Below are positions 7,734-15,921 of a stretch of DNA of 16,411 nucleotides, piece by piece. The notes under the pieces are model-generated. The model ran no database searches and was not told the origin of the DNA. It was given only the letters and a program-made list of their open reading frames with translations. The first letter of the stretch is position 1. Each line of letters begins with the position of its first letter. The stretch comes from Vulcanimicrobiota bacterium (GTDB taxonomy: Bacteria; Vulcanimicrobiota; Vulcanimicrobiia; Vulcanimicrobiales; Vulcanimicrobiaceae): contig PKZK01000099.1 in the NCBI GenBank assembly GCA_003133025.1, forward strand, positions 1 to 16,411, given 5' to 3'. The translations under genes were made by a program, and so were the position numbers.

Positions 7734-10369
7734 CCGCGAGCGACGCCGAGCGCGCCCAAATTCGCACGCTGGCGACGGTGGCCTTCGATCGCGTGCCGGC
7801 GGTTTGGCCGATCGGCGGCTTTATCGCCGCAAACCCGCTCGGCGGATTCGAGCAGCTCCCGTTTGCCCAGGCCATCGCGGAGATGCGCGCGCGGACCGGC
7901 GCGCGGGGGTTCTTGCCGGAATCAGACTATCGCAAACTTTTCGCGGAAGGCGAAATCTCGGAGGCCGCGCTCGACGCCTCACTCGACGACGCGCTCGGCG
8001 AACGCGGAGCGCAGACGCGTACCGTCGGCGGTCGCACGCTCGCAATACGCGATGTCGTGCGTGCGTCGCTGCTGAGCGGCGCGGTGCCGTACCGGCCGCA
8101 AAGCGGTGCGCCGCGCATCGAAACCGTCGCGGAGATCGCCGACGCGCGCTGCGGCACCACGCTCGCCGCGCAGGTCGACGAACGCACGATCTTCTGGTGC
8201 TCGGCATTCCTCGACGAAGGCGAAGCGGCGTGGCCGATGCCGCACCGCGAACTGGGCTTGTACAATGCGTGGCGCAGGCTCGCGCGCTACGAATCCGGCG
8301 ACGCGAAGCATGCCGCGCTGCCCGAGGAACCCGAAGACGCAATCGCGAGCGCGCTGCGGCAACTCGGCGTGGCCCGCGGCGACCGGCGGCAATACCTCTC
8401 GCGACACGCGCTGCGCCTGCCGGGCTGGGCCGGCATGACCAAGTGGCGCGCCACGAAACTCGACGACCCGTTACGTCCCGCGCTCGTCGACTATCTCGCC
8501 ATCCGGCTCTGGTACGAGGCCGCGTTGGTTGCGGCATTCGCCGAACGCGAGGGCATCGAACCGACCGCCGCCGCCTTCGCCGCGCGCTTCGGCAATGCCG
8601 GCGCCGTGCGCGACACGCCGCTCGAGAGCGACGTGCTCGCACGACTCGCGGCACGCCTCGAGATACCCGCGACCGACGACGGCTTCGAACCCGACGATGC
8701 ACGCTGGTTGCTCGACGCTGCGGCAACGCTCGGCGACGAAGCCCGTGGAAGCGTCTGGCTGGGTGCGCACGAACGCACCGCCCGCGGCGACTTGTTGACG
8801 CAACTCGCGCAATCCCGGGCGGCAACGCGCGCGGAGCGGGCGGCCGACATCGTCTTCTGCATCGACGTGCGCTCCGAGGGGTTACGCCGGCACCTCGAAG
8901 ACGCCGGGCCGTACCGGACGCGCGGCTTTGCGGGCTTCTTCGGTTTACCCATCGCGCTGCGCGCCCTGGATTCGGATTGGGATCAGCAAGCCTGCCCGGT
9001 GCTGATCGCGCCCAAGCACACGATCGTCGAGTACGCGCCGGACGCAGCCGCCGCGCGCCGCCAATCGCGCGGCCGGCAACTCGTCTACGAACTGGGCCGG
9101 GTGCTCGACGAGGTCAAGTCGAACGTCGCCTCGCCCTTCGTGTTGTTCGAGTCGGCCGGCGCGTTCTTCGCCGTCGCGCTGGCCGGGCGCACGCTGTTGC
9201 CGAGCCTCTTCGCGCGCGTGCGCCAAGGCCTCGCGCGGGCGATCGCGCCCCCGGCGCGCAGCGAATTCATCACCGCGAAGGAGCCGCATTCCGACGATAC
9301 GGTCGGCTTCACGGCCGACGAACGCATCTTCTTTGCCGAGACGTCGCTGGCGCTCATGGATCTGCGCGCGGATTTCCCGCCGCTGGTCGTCTTCACCGGG
9401 CACGGCAGCACGACCGAAAACAATCCCTTCGAAGCGTCGCTCGACTGCGGCGCCTGCGCGGGCTACCGGGGCGGTCCCAACGCGCGGATCCTGGCCGCGT
9501 TGCTCAATCGCGACGACGTGCGCGCGGGCCTGCGCGAACGCGGCATCGACATTCCGGATGCAACGCACTTCGCCGCGGCCGAACACGACACGGTGACCGA
9601 TCGCGTGCAACTGCTCGATACGCATGCGCTGCCCGCCGCGCTGCGCGCCGCGGCGAACGAGTTGCAGCGCGCGCTCGACGTCGCGGGCACGCGTCTCGCG
9701 CGCGAGCGACTGGGCGCGCTCGAGCGGGCGCCGTCGGGCTCTGCAACGGCAAGCGCCGCACGCCGTTCGCGCGACTGGGCGCAAGTCAGGCCCGAGTGGG
9801 GCTTGGCCGGCAACTCGGCCTTCGTCATCGCGCCGCGTTCGTTCAGCGAAGGCGCACATCTCGGACCGCACGCTTTCTTGCACGACTACGACATCGCGGG
9901 CGACGACGACGGCGCACTGCTCGAGGTGATCATGACCGCGCCGCTGATCGTCGCGCAATGGATCAACAGCCACTATTACTTCGCGACGGTCGACAACGAG
10001 CGCTACGGCAGCGGCACGAAGGTGGTGCACAACGTCGTGGGCCGGATCGGCGTGATGGCCGGCAACCGCGGCGACCTGCGCCCGGGCCTGCCCTTGCAGT
10101 CGCTGGCCGACGCGAAAGGCTGGTACCATCGGCCGTTGCGCCTGCTGGCCGTCGTGGCGGCGCCGCGCGCGCGCATCGAGGCCGTGGTTAGCCGCAACGC
10201 GATCCTGCGCCGCCTCTTCGGCAACGAATGGATCGCGCTCACGGCATGGGATCCGCAGACCGAAAGCTTCTGGGAACGGACGGCGGCCGGCATTTGGCGA
10301 CCGCCTTTCCCGGAGCCGTACGGGATAACGTCGAACCGCGTGGAGAAAGGAAACGCTCGATGGCCTTAG
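7730..10369 (+). CDS. dabA: DabA/MpsB (DUF2309) soluble beta-carbonic-anhydrase-like subunit of inorganic carbon pump
   Basis: 879 aa; PAVWPIGGFIAANPL, FCIDVRSE (C377/D379), GHGS (H558), LDCGAC (C573), DWAQVRPEWGLAGN, FLHDYD, QWINSHYY, YGSGTKVVHNV; predicted Zn ligands intact. Confidence 0.95.
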   Translation: MTASDAERAQIRTLATVAFDRVPAVWPIGGFIAANPLGGFEQLPFAQAIAEMRARTGARGFLPESDYRKLFAEGEISEAALDASLDDALGERGAQTRTVGGRTLAIRDVVRASLLSGAVPYRPQSGAPRIETVAEIADARCGTTLAAQVDERTIFWCSAFLDEGEAAWPMPHRELGLYNAWRRLARYESGDAKHAALPEEPEDAIASALRQLGVARGDRRQYLSRHALRLPGWAGMTKWRATKLDDPLRPALVDYLAIRLWYEAALVAAFAEREGIEPTAAAFAARFGNAGAVRDTPLESDVLARLAARLEIPATDDGFEPDDARWLLDAAATLGDEARGSVWLGAHERTARGDLLTQLAQSRAATRAERAADIVFCIDVRSEGLRRHLEDAGPYRTRGFAGFFGLPIALRALDSDWDQQACPVLIAPKHTIVEYAPDAAAARRQSRGRQLVYELGRVLDEVKSNVASPFVLFESAGAFFAVALAGRTLLPSLFARVRQGLARAIAPPARSEFITAKEPHSDDTVGFTADERIFFAETSLALMDLRADFPPLVVFTGHGSTTENNPFEASLDCGACAGYRGGPNARILAALLNRDDVRAGLRERGIDIPDATHFAAAEHDTVTDRVQLLDTHALPAALRAAANELQRALDVAGTRLARERLGALERAPSGSATASAARRSRDWAQVRPEWGLAGNSAFVIAPRSFSEGAHLGPHAFLHDYDIAGDDDGALLEVIMTAPLIVAQWINSHYYFATVDNERYGSGTKVVHNVVGRIGVMAGNRGDLRPGLPLQSLADAKGWYHRPLRLLAVVAAPRARIEAVVSRNAILRRLFGNEWIALTAWDPQTESFWERTAAGIWRPPFPEPYGITSNRVEKGNARWP

Positions 10370-10695
10370 ACCTGACCCCGATGAAGATGCTGCAAGTGGT
10401 TGTTCCCGGCGACCGCGTGGAGCCCGTACGCGAGTTGCTCACATCGGTCCACGTGAGCGGCTACACCGTGATTCCCAACGTCTCGGGCATGGGACACCAC
10501 GGCTATCACGAGGGCCGCTTGCTCTTCAACGAACTCAACAGCCAAGTGATGTTCGTGGCGGTGGTCGCCGAGGATCAGGTCGAGCCGATCGTCGCCGGCC
10601 TCGAGGTGCTTTTCGAGCGCGGTTCCGGCGTGGTCTTCGTGTCGGACTGCGGCGTGCGGCGCTACGGCTACTTCGTGGCCGGCGAGACGGCGTAG
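10360..10695 (+). CDS. PII-like signal transduction protein (CPII/SbtB-type), 111 aa
   Basis: ATG at 10360 with AAAGGA SD, overlapping the dabA stop; MALDLTPMKMLQVVV...SGYTVIPNVSGMGHHGYHEGRLLFNE...SGVVFVSD matches the PII-superfamily pattern (GYT..V.G.G; G.vfvsd). Confidence 0.85.
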   Translation: MALDLTPMKMLQVVVPGDRVEPVRELLTSVHVSGYTVIPNVSGMGHHGYHEGRLLFNELNSQVMFVAVVAEDQVEPIVAGLEVLFERGSGVVFVSDCGVRRYGYFVAGETA

Positions 10696-10724
10696 ACTGG
10701 CCCGGAGCCTACACTGGTCCAGTC
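10695..10724 (+). terminator. Hairpin after the PII-like gene stop
   Basis: GACTGG-C-CCGG / CTGG-T-CCAGTC stem (one mismatch, one G-U pair), 8-nt loop; no U-tract. Confidence 0.3.
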
Positions 10725-10737
10725 GCCCGGCCGATAG
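10710..10737 (+). promoter_or_regulatory. Candidate sigma28-like promoter (TACA-N16-GCCGATAG) for acyltransferase paralog 3
   Basis: cTACA ctggtccagtcgcccg GCCGATAG, 10 nt before GTG; -10 box matches 7 of 8 positions of FliA consensus GCCGATAA. Confidence 0.5.
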
Positions 10738-10747
10738 TGAAGGGGAC

Positions 10748-11782
10748 GTGCACCGCAACTCCCACATCGAGGCGATCGACGGGCTTCGCGCGATCGCGGT
10801 CCTCGCGGTGGTGCTGTGTCACATGCCGCTGGCCGGCGCGCCCCAAACCTGGTACGACTGCGGCTCCCGCGGAGTCGATCTCTTTTTCGTAATCTCGGGC
10901 TTCTGTCTGTCGTATCCGTTTCTGCGCTCGCTACACGGCGAAGGCAGGTTGAACGTCGACAACGGCCGCTTCTTCGTGCGCCGCGTGGTGCGCATCGTGC
11001 CGCCGTATTTCACGGCCATCGCGCTCTTCGCGCTGCTCTCGCTGACCGCGTTCGGCTTGCCGACCGCACCCGGCGTGCATCTCGACGCGGCGGGCATCGG
11101 GCGCGAGATACTCTTGGCCTGCTCGTTTCTGACCAACCTGCCCTCGCCGTTCAACGCGTCGTTCTGGACGCTGGGCATCGAGATGCGCTGGTACCTGGTG
11201 TTTCCGTTGTTGCTCGCGCTCTACGCGCGTTCTCGGCCGGCCTTCTTCGCGGTGGGCGTCGCTTGCTACGTGCTGTATTTCTTCACGCCGTGGAGTTTCA
11301 GCGATGTGGGCACGCTGCCGTGTTTCATGCTGGGCATCGTGGCCGCCGACTTGCGCATCACGAAGAGTCCGATCGAACGCTACGCGCTGTGGGCCGCGGC
11401 TCTGCTGCTGCCGCTCGCAATCTACGCGCAGTCACAGACCGCGCGGGTCGATCATGGCGATCCCCTCTGGCATGCGGCCGTCTTCTGCTTGGTGGTCGCT
11501 GCGAGCGGCGGATGGTTCGCACGCACGATGCGCTTCAAGCCGCTGGCGCTGGTCGGCGTCGCGTCGTATAGCATCTACTTGGTGCACGAACCGATCCTCA
11601 ATTCGCTCGTCGCCGCGCATATCAATCCCGAACTCGCGGCGATCGCCGCGGTGGCCTGCGGCTTCGCGTACTACGCGGCCGTGGAACGGCGCTATCTCGA
11701 CAAGCGCTTCCGTACGCCCGCGGAGGCGTTGCTGGGCAAGATCTTCTCTCTGCGCGCGCTACGCGCGGTGTATAGCCGTTGA
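10748..11782 (+). CDS. Acyltransferase family 3, paralog 3
   Basis: 344 aa; IDGLRAIA, GVDLFFVISGF, RRVVRIVPPY, WTLGIEMRWY, LPCFMLGIVAAD, GVASYSIYLVH. Confidence 0.9.
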   Translation: MHRNSHIEAIDGLRAIAVLAVVLCHMPLAGAPQTWYDCGSRGVDLFFVISGFCLSYPFLRSLHGEGRLNVDNGRFFVRRVVRIVPPYFTAIALFALLSLTAFGLPTAPGVHLDAAGIGREILLACSFLTNLPSPFNASFWTLGIEMRWYLVFPLLLALYARSRPAFFAVGVACYVLYFFTPWSFSDVGTLPCFMLGIVAADLRITKSPIERYALWAAALLLPLAIYAQSQTARVDHGDPLWHAAVFCLVVAASGGWFARTMRFKPLALVGVASYSIYLVHEPILNSLVAAHINPELAAIAAVACGFAYYAAVERRYLDKRFRTPAEALLGKIFSLRALRAVYSR

Positions 11783-11804
11783 GCCTAGCCTGCAGCTAAG
11801 AGTA

Positions 11805-12671
11805 TTATATCACGGCGCGGCCGCGTTGCCAGACGCGTTCGAAGTCGTTTGCGATCGCGGCGACCAGCGCCGGTTCGCCGATGCGCATGCCCCAATCGAG
11901 GCCCCGCGGATTCGCGCTCGTCGCGTTGGCGGAACCGGCCCAGGCTTCGTCGCCCGCAAGACATTCCTTCGGTGGCCGGTCGGCGACGCGCACCTGCGCG
12001 CCGGCCGCGCGCAACCGTGCGAGTTCGGAGCGTTCGAACGCGCCCGAACTCTCGCGCGCGGCGAGCCGGTCGACGACGACGCGCACCTCGGCGCCGCTGC
12101 GCGCTCGCGCCTCGAGCGCGGTCGCAACGGGACCGGGACCGAACGTCTCGGTGGACAGACGCACCGCGCCGCCCGGCGGCGCGCGTTCGATCACGTCGGC
12201 TTCGAGCGCGAGCGCCGCGTCCTTGCGCGTCGCAAACGATTCGCTCGCGCCGCTCCGCCCGTGCAGCGCATCGGCGACGAGCGCGACGTCTTGCGGACGT
12301 TGCGTCGCGACGATGGCCGCGTCGCTATTGGCCCAATTGCGTTCGTCGAGAAACGCGGTGCCGTCGACGATCGCAGCCTTGAGGTGCAGCGGCGCGTTAC
12401 GTTCCGCGCGCAGGTCGACGCGCACGCCGTGATGCCGCAGCGCCGCGGCGGTGTCGACGTTTTGCCGGTGTAGACGGCGCGCGCGCAGCTTGGAGTCTGA
12501 GTAGGGACGCGACTCCAAATGGACGGCGACGTCGGCCCCGCGGTCGCCCGCGCGCTCGAGCGCCCGTTCGAGCACGCCGGGTTTGAGCGTCCACGCCGAC
12601 AGCTCGACCGAGCGCGCACGCTCCACAGCCTCGGCGACTTGGCCGAGTGAGACCGAACCCAGCGCGCTCAC
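11805..12671 (-). CDS. Phospholipase D superfamily (two PLD-like repeats; one intact HKD, one degenerate), 288 aa
   Basis: HLKAAIVD at 12386-12363; second repeat PPKECLAGD..AWAGSANA; repeated GAdVxV segments; start revised to GTG at 12671 (GTGA overlap with upstream stop). Confidence 0.8.
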   Translation of the reverse strand: MSALGSVSLGQVAEAVERARSVELSAWTLKPGVLERALERAGDRGADVAVHLESRPYSDSKLRARRLHRQNVDTAAALRHHGVRVDLRAERNAPLHLKAAIVDGTAFLDERNWANSDAAIVATQRPQDVALVADALHGRSGASESFATRKDAALALEADVIERAPPGGAVRLSTETFGPGPVATALEARARSGAEVRVVVDRLAARESSGAFERSELARLRAAGAQVRVADRPPKECLAGDEAWAGSANATSANPRGLDWGMRIGEPALVAAIANDFERVWQRGRAVI

Positions 12672-13009
12672 GCAAGCGGCCCGCTGCGCTCCGGAGCCGC
12701 CGCGGATGGGTTGGCTGCCGACGCGTCGGCCGCGACCGCCCCCGCCTGCGGGGCCGGCGCCGGGCCCGTGACGATACCCCGAATCAGCGCCCATGCCGCC
12801 TCCAGCCCCTTGCGCAGCGTGGCCTTGCCTTCAGGGCTGCCCAGAAAGGCGGTCGCTCCGGCCCGGAAACCGTGCAAGACCCGGTCCTCGGGCAGCCGGC
12901 AAGCGTCGTGCGCCGCCTTCAGGATGGTCTGGCCGTTTTCGCGGGCGCGCTGCGCCAACGCGCCCAGTCCCGCGCTTGCGGCTCGCGCGCTCGCGGCGTC
13001 AAAACCCAT
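12668..13009 (-). CDS. Small Ala-rich hypothetical protein (113 aa)
   Basis: ATG with GGGGGA SD-like sequence; stop overlaps the PLD GTG start; fills the gap divergent from menG; no family recognised. Confidence 0.6.
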   Translation of the reverse strand: MGFDAASARAASAGLGALAQRARENGQTILKAAHDACRLPEDRVLHGFRAGATAFLGSPEGKATLRKGLEAAWALIRGIVTGPAPAPQAGAVAADASAANPSAAAPERSGPLA

Positions 13010-13106
13010 GGTACGTTTCCCCCGTCGTCTTCGGTAGCGACTTGCTCATCACGACTACAGGCATGAACGGCAAGGGTCGAGCCGGAAACTCAAGACCGAT
13101 AGGTAC

Positions 13107-13799
13107 ATGGAAAAATCCGTCTACGTCCGCGAGATGTTCGCATCGATCGCGCCCCGCTACGATGCGACCAACCGGCTCCTCACGGGCGGCGTGGACGAGC
13201 GTTGGCGCCGCCGCGCCGTGCGCGAACTGGCCGTCCCGGCCGGCGGGCGCATCCTCGACATGTGCTGCGGCACGGGCGACCTGACGTTTCACCTGCTGCG
13301 CACCGACCCGGCCCTGAAGGTGACCGGCGTCGATTTCTGCGATCCGATGCTCGACGGCGCTCGGCGCCGGGCCGCCCAAGGCAACGTCGCCGGGGCGACC
13401 TTCGTGCAGGGCGACGTGCTGGCGCTGCCCTTTCCCGACCGCTCCTTCGACGGGGCCATCATGGGCTTCTCGATGAGAAACGTCGTCGACATCGGCGCGA
13501 CGTTGCGCGAAGCTCGTCGGGTGCTCGTGCCCGGCTCCCGCTTCGTGAACCTCGACGTCTCCAAAGCGCCCAACCCGTGGTTCAGGCGCCTCTTCAACCT
13601 GTACTTCTACAAGGTCGTACCGCTGGTGGGCGGTCTGGTCGGCGGCTCGCGCAGCGCTTACCGCTATCTGCCGAACTCGCTGACCAACTTTCCGGGCGCC
13701 GACGAGCTGGCCGCGCGCTTCTCCGAGGCCGGCTTCCGCGACGTGCGCTACGTGCGCCTGGGCGGCGGCGCGATCGCCGTCCACGTGGGGACCGCGTGA
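13107..13799 (+). CDS. menG: Demethylmenaquinone methyltransferase (MenG/UbiE)
   Basis: VREMFASIAPRYDATN, SAM motif ILDMCCGTGD, LPFPDRSFD, GFSMRNV, AYRYLPNS. Confidence 0.93.
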   Translation: MEKSVYVREMFASIAPRYDATNRLLTGGVDERWRRRAVRELAVPAGGRILDMCCGTGDLTFHLLRTDPALKVTGVDFCDPMLDGARRRAAQGNVAGATFVQGDVLALPFPDRSFDGAIMGFSMRNVVDIGATLREARRVLVPGSRFVNLDVSKAPNPWFRRLFNLYFYKVVPLVGGLVGGSRSAYRYLPNSLTNFPGADELAARFSEAGFRDVRYVRLGGGAIAVHVGTA

Positions 13800-14788
13800 T
13801 CGAAACGCACGCCACCGTTCCGGGCGAACGCGACCTCTACGCGCTGGTCGAGGAGTTTTTCCGCTCTACCTTCGCGACCGACAACGCGGTGATCACCGAG
13901 GCGGTGCGGCGCATGCTGGCCGCGGGCGGCAAGCGGCTGCGACCCCGTCTCACGTTGCTCGCCGCCGAAGCCAACGGCGCCGATCCGAGCAAACACCTGC
14001 CGCTGGCCGCCTACATGGAACTGATCCACGTGGGGACGCTGATCCACGACGACGTCGTCGACCGTGCCGACACCCGCCGGGGCGTCAACGCGACTGCCGT
14101 CGACTACGGCAACCGGGTCAGCGTGCTGGCCGGGGACTACCTCTTCGCCTGGATCTTCAAAAACGTCACGGCCCACTATCCGGCGCCCGTGCCGCACATC
14201 CTCAGCTCGGCGCTGGCCGACATCACCGACGGCGAAGTGCTGCAGCTCCGGGCGCTCGGCAACCTGGATCTGCCGCTGGCCGACTACATCGAAATCGTGG
14301 TCAAGAAGACGGCCACCCTCTTCGCCGCCTCGGCCGAGTGCGGTGCGATCATGGCCGGCGCGCCCCCGCTACGGGTCAAAGCGCTGCGCGATTTCGGCCT
14401 GTACTACGGCATCGCGTTCCAAATGCTCGACGATCTCTTGGACATGACCGCGAGCGCCGCCGAGCTGGGGAAGCCCGTGGGCAACGACCTGACCGAGCGG
14501 AAGATGACGATCCCCGTGATTTTAGCCCTGGAGAGCCGGGATGTCGATCTTCGTGCGGGTTTGGCGCGTTACTACGGGGACCGCCCCGAGGGTGACGACG
14601 ACGGCCGCATCGCGCTGGTCGCCGCCATCGCACGCACGGGCGGCCTCATCAAGACGCGGGAAGCAATCGAGAGCTACGTCGAGCGGGCTAAAATGTCGCT
14701 CGCGCCGCTCGGAAACCACGCCGCTCGTGCCGAGCTCAACGCGCTGGCCGACGCCCTGGGACGGGACAGCAACGCGCGAACGCGGTAA
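13796..14788 (+). CDS. Long-chain trans-polyprenyl diphosphate synthase (HepT/IspB-like), 330 aa
   Basis: GTG at 13796 overlapping menG TGA; GGKRLRP, FARM HDDVVD, RRG, KKTA, SARM FQMLDDLLD, GKPVGND; small residue (Gly) five before FARM suggests a long-chain product. Confidence 0.92.
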   Translation: MIETHATVPGERDLYALVEEFFRSTFATDNAVITEAVRRMLAAGGKRLRPRLTLLAAEANGADPSKHLPLAAYMELIHVGTLIHDDVVDRADTRRGVNATAVDYGNRVSVLAGDYLFAWIFKNVTAHYPAPVPHILSSALADITDGEVLQLRALGNLDLPLADYIEIVVKKTATLFAASAECGAIMAGAPPLRVKALRDFGLYYGIAFQMLDDLLDMTASAAELGKPVGNDLTERKMTIPVILALESRDVDLRAGLARYYGDRPEGDDDGRIALVAAIARTGGLIKTREAIESYVERAKMSLAPLGNHAARAELNALADALGRDSNARTR

Positions 14789-14806
14789 GATGAGATTTGA
14801 GCCGGA

Positions 14807-14824
14807 GCCGCCGGCTGCGGCGGC
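14807..14824 (+). other. GC-rich hairpin in the tatA leader
   Basis: GCCGCCG-gctg-CGGCGGC, 7-bp stem. Confidence 0.4.
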
Positions 14825-14845
14825 GTCAGAAGAGAGGTACTGAAA

Positions 14846-15127
14846 ATGGAAGTTCCGGTCATTCTCGGCATGTGGGGCGGCATGGAGATCCCGATCATCG
14901 TCGGGGCGGCCATCCTGCTCTTCGGCGGCAGCAAGATTCGCGACGTCGCGCGCGGGCTGGGCGCCGCCAAGAAGGAGTTCCAGGTCGGTCAGGCCGAGGC
15001 CGACATCGCGGCCGAGCGCGCGCGGGCCGAAGCTCGCGCCCAAGCGGAAGCCAACGCCGCCACCGCAACGGTGGCCCCGGCCGCGGCAATTCAGCCGCCC
15101 GTCACGACGCCGCCCGCGCAACCCTAG
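14846..15127 (+). CDS. tatA: Twin-arginine translocase TatA/E subunit
   Basis: TM helix ending ILLFGGSK, amphipathic helix RGLGAAKKEF; GAGAGG SD; followed by tatC. Confidence 0.9.
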   Translation: MEVPVILGMWGGMEIPIIVGAAILLFGGSKIRDVARGLGAAKKEFQVGQAEADIAAERARAEARAQAEANAATATVAPAAAIQPPVTTPPAQP

Positions 15128-15144
15128 CGTAATTCCGCAGCGCC

Positions 15145-15921
15145 GTGTTGATCGAGCGCCCGCCCGCGTTCGGAAAGACCGAACCGGAATGGGACCAGAA
15201 AGAGATGCCCTTCACGGAGCACCTGCGGGAGCTCCGTAACCGTCTCATGATCTGTCTGATCGTCGTGGGCGTGATTGCGCTCGCGGCCTTCTGGCCGTCG
15301 CAATTCGCCATCCTCTGGCTGAAGAACGAGTACCTCGGCTCTGCGTTACAACTCCACGCCTTCGCGCCCACCGACGTGATCTTCACCGAGTTGAAGTTTT
15401 CGCTCTATGCGGCCGTCGTGCTGGGCATGCCGGTGATCGTGTACCAGGCCTGGATGTTCATCGTGCCGGCCTTCCATCCCAAGACGCGCAAGGTGGTGTA
15501 TCTCTACACGCTGCCCTCGCTCTTGCTCGCGCTCGCCGGCATCGCGTTCTGCCACTTTTTCATCATCCGCAAGGTGCTCACCGCGCTGCTCTCGATCACG
15601 CAGTCGGTCGCGACCGAAACCTACGGGGTAGAGGCGACGCTCAACCTGATCTTGCTGACCTTCCTCGCGTTTGCGATCATCTTCCAAACGCCGACCGTCA
15701 TGGTCGCGCTCGCGCGCATCGGCGTGATCAACGTGCCGATGCTGCGTACCTACCGGCGTTACGCCGCGATGGGCATCTTGCTCGTCGGCGGCTTGGCCGC
15801 GCCCGACGCCTCGCCGGTCACGATGCTGCTGATCGCGGTGCCGATGTACGTGCTCTACGAGTTGGGCATCCTGATCATCGTGGTCTTGGAAAAGAGCTGG
15901 AGGCGCGAGGCCAGCCTCTGA
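15145..15921 (+). CDS. tatC: Twin-arginine translocase TatC subunit
   Basis: MPFTEHLRELRNRL, YQAWMFIVPAF, FQTP, APDASP, PMYVLYE; exact start uncertain (GTG 15145, TTG 15148, ATG 15205). Confidence 0.95.
   Translation: MLIERPPAFGKTEPEWDQKEMPFTEHLRELRNRLMICLIVVGVIALAAFWPSQFAILWLKNEYLGSALQLHAFAPTDVIFTELKFSLYAAVVLGMPVIVYQAWMFIVPAFHPKTRKVVYLYTLPSLLLALAGIAFCHFFIIRKVLTALLSITQSVATETYGVEATLNLILLTFLAFAIIFQTPTVMVALARIGVINVPMLRTYRRYAAMGILLVGGLAAPDASPVTMLLIAVPMYVLYELGILIIVVLEKSWRREASL

Noticed and set aside
7804..10191. 795-aa off-frame ORF and 8945..10129 antisense ORF within dabA
   Set aside because: Arg-rich shadow frames without recognisable domains
10228..10359. N-terminal extension of the PII-like ORF given in the ORF track
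   Set aside because: Lies inside dabA; ATG at 10360 has a good SD and gives normal PII length
6076..10747. dab operon as a mobile island
   Set aside because: No integrase, transposase, tRNA target or convincing flanking direct repeats
12672..12794. N-terminal 41 aa of the 329-aa PLD ORF
   Set aside because: Gly-rich low-complexity sequence overlapping the upstream gene; GTG at 12671 gives a typical 4-nt overlap
11805..13009. PLD gene as an anti-phage defence component (e.g. DISARM DrmC-like)
   Set aside because: No helicase, methylase or other defence genes nearby, and the context is housekeeping
13202..13795. 528-aa version of the polyprenyl synthase
   Set aside because: The extension is an off-frame read of menG; similarity starts at GTG 13796
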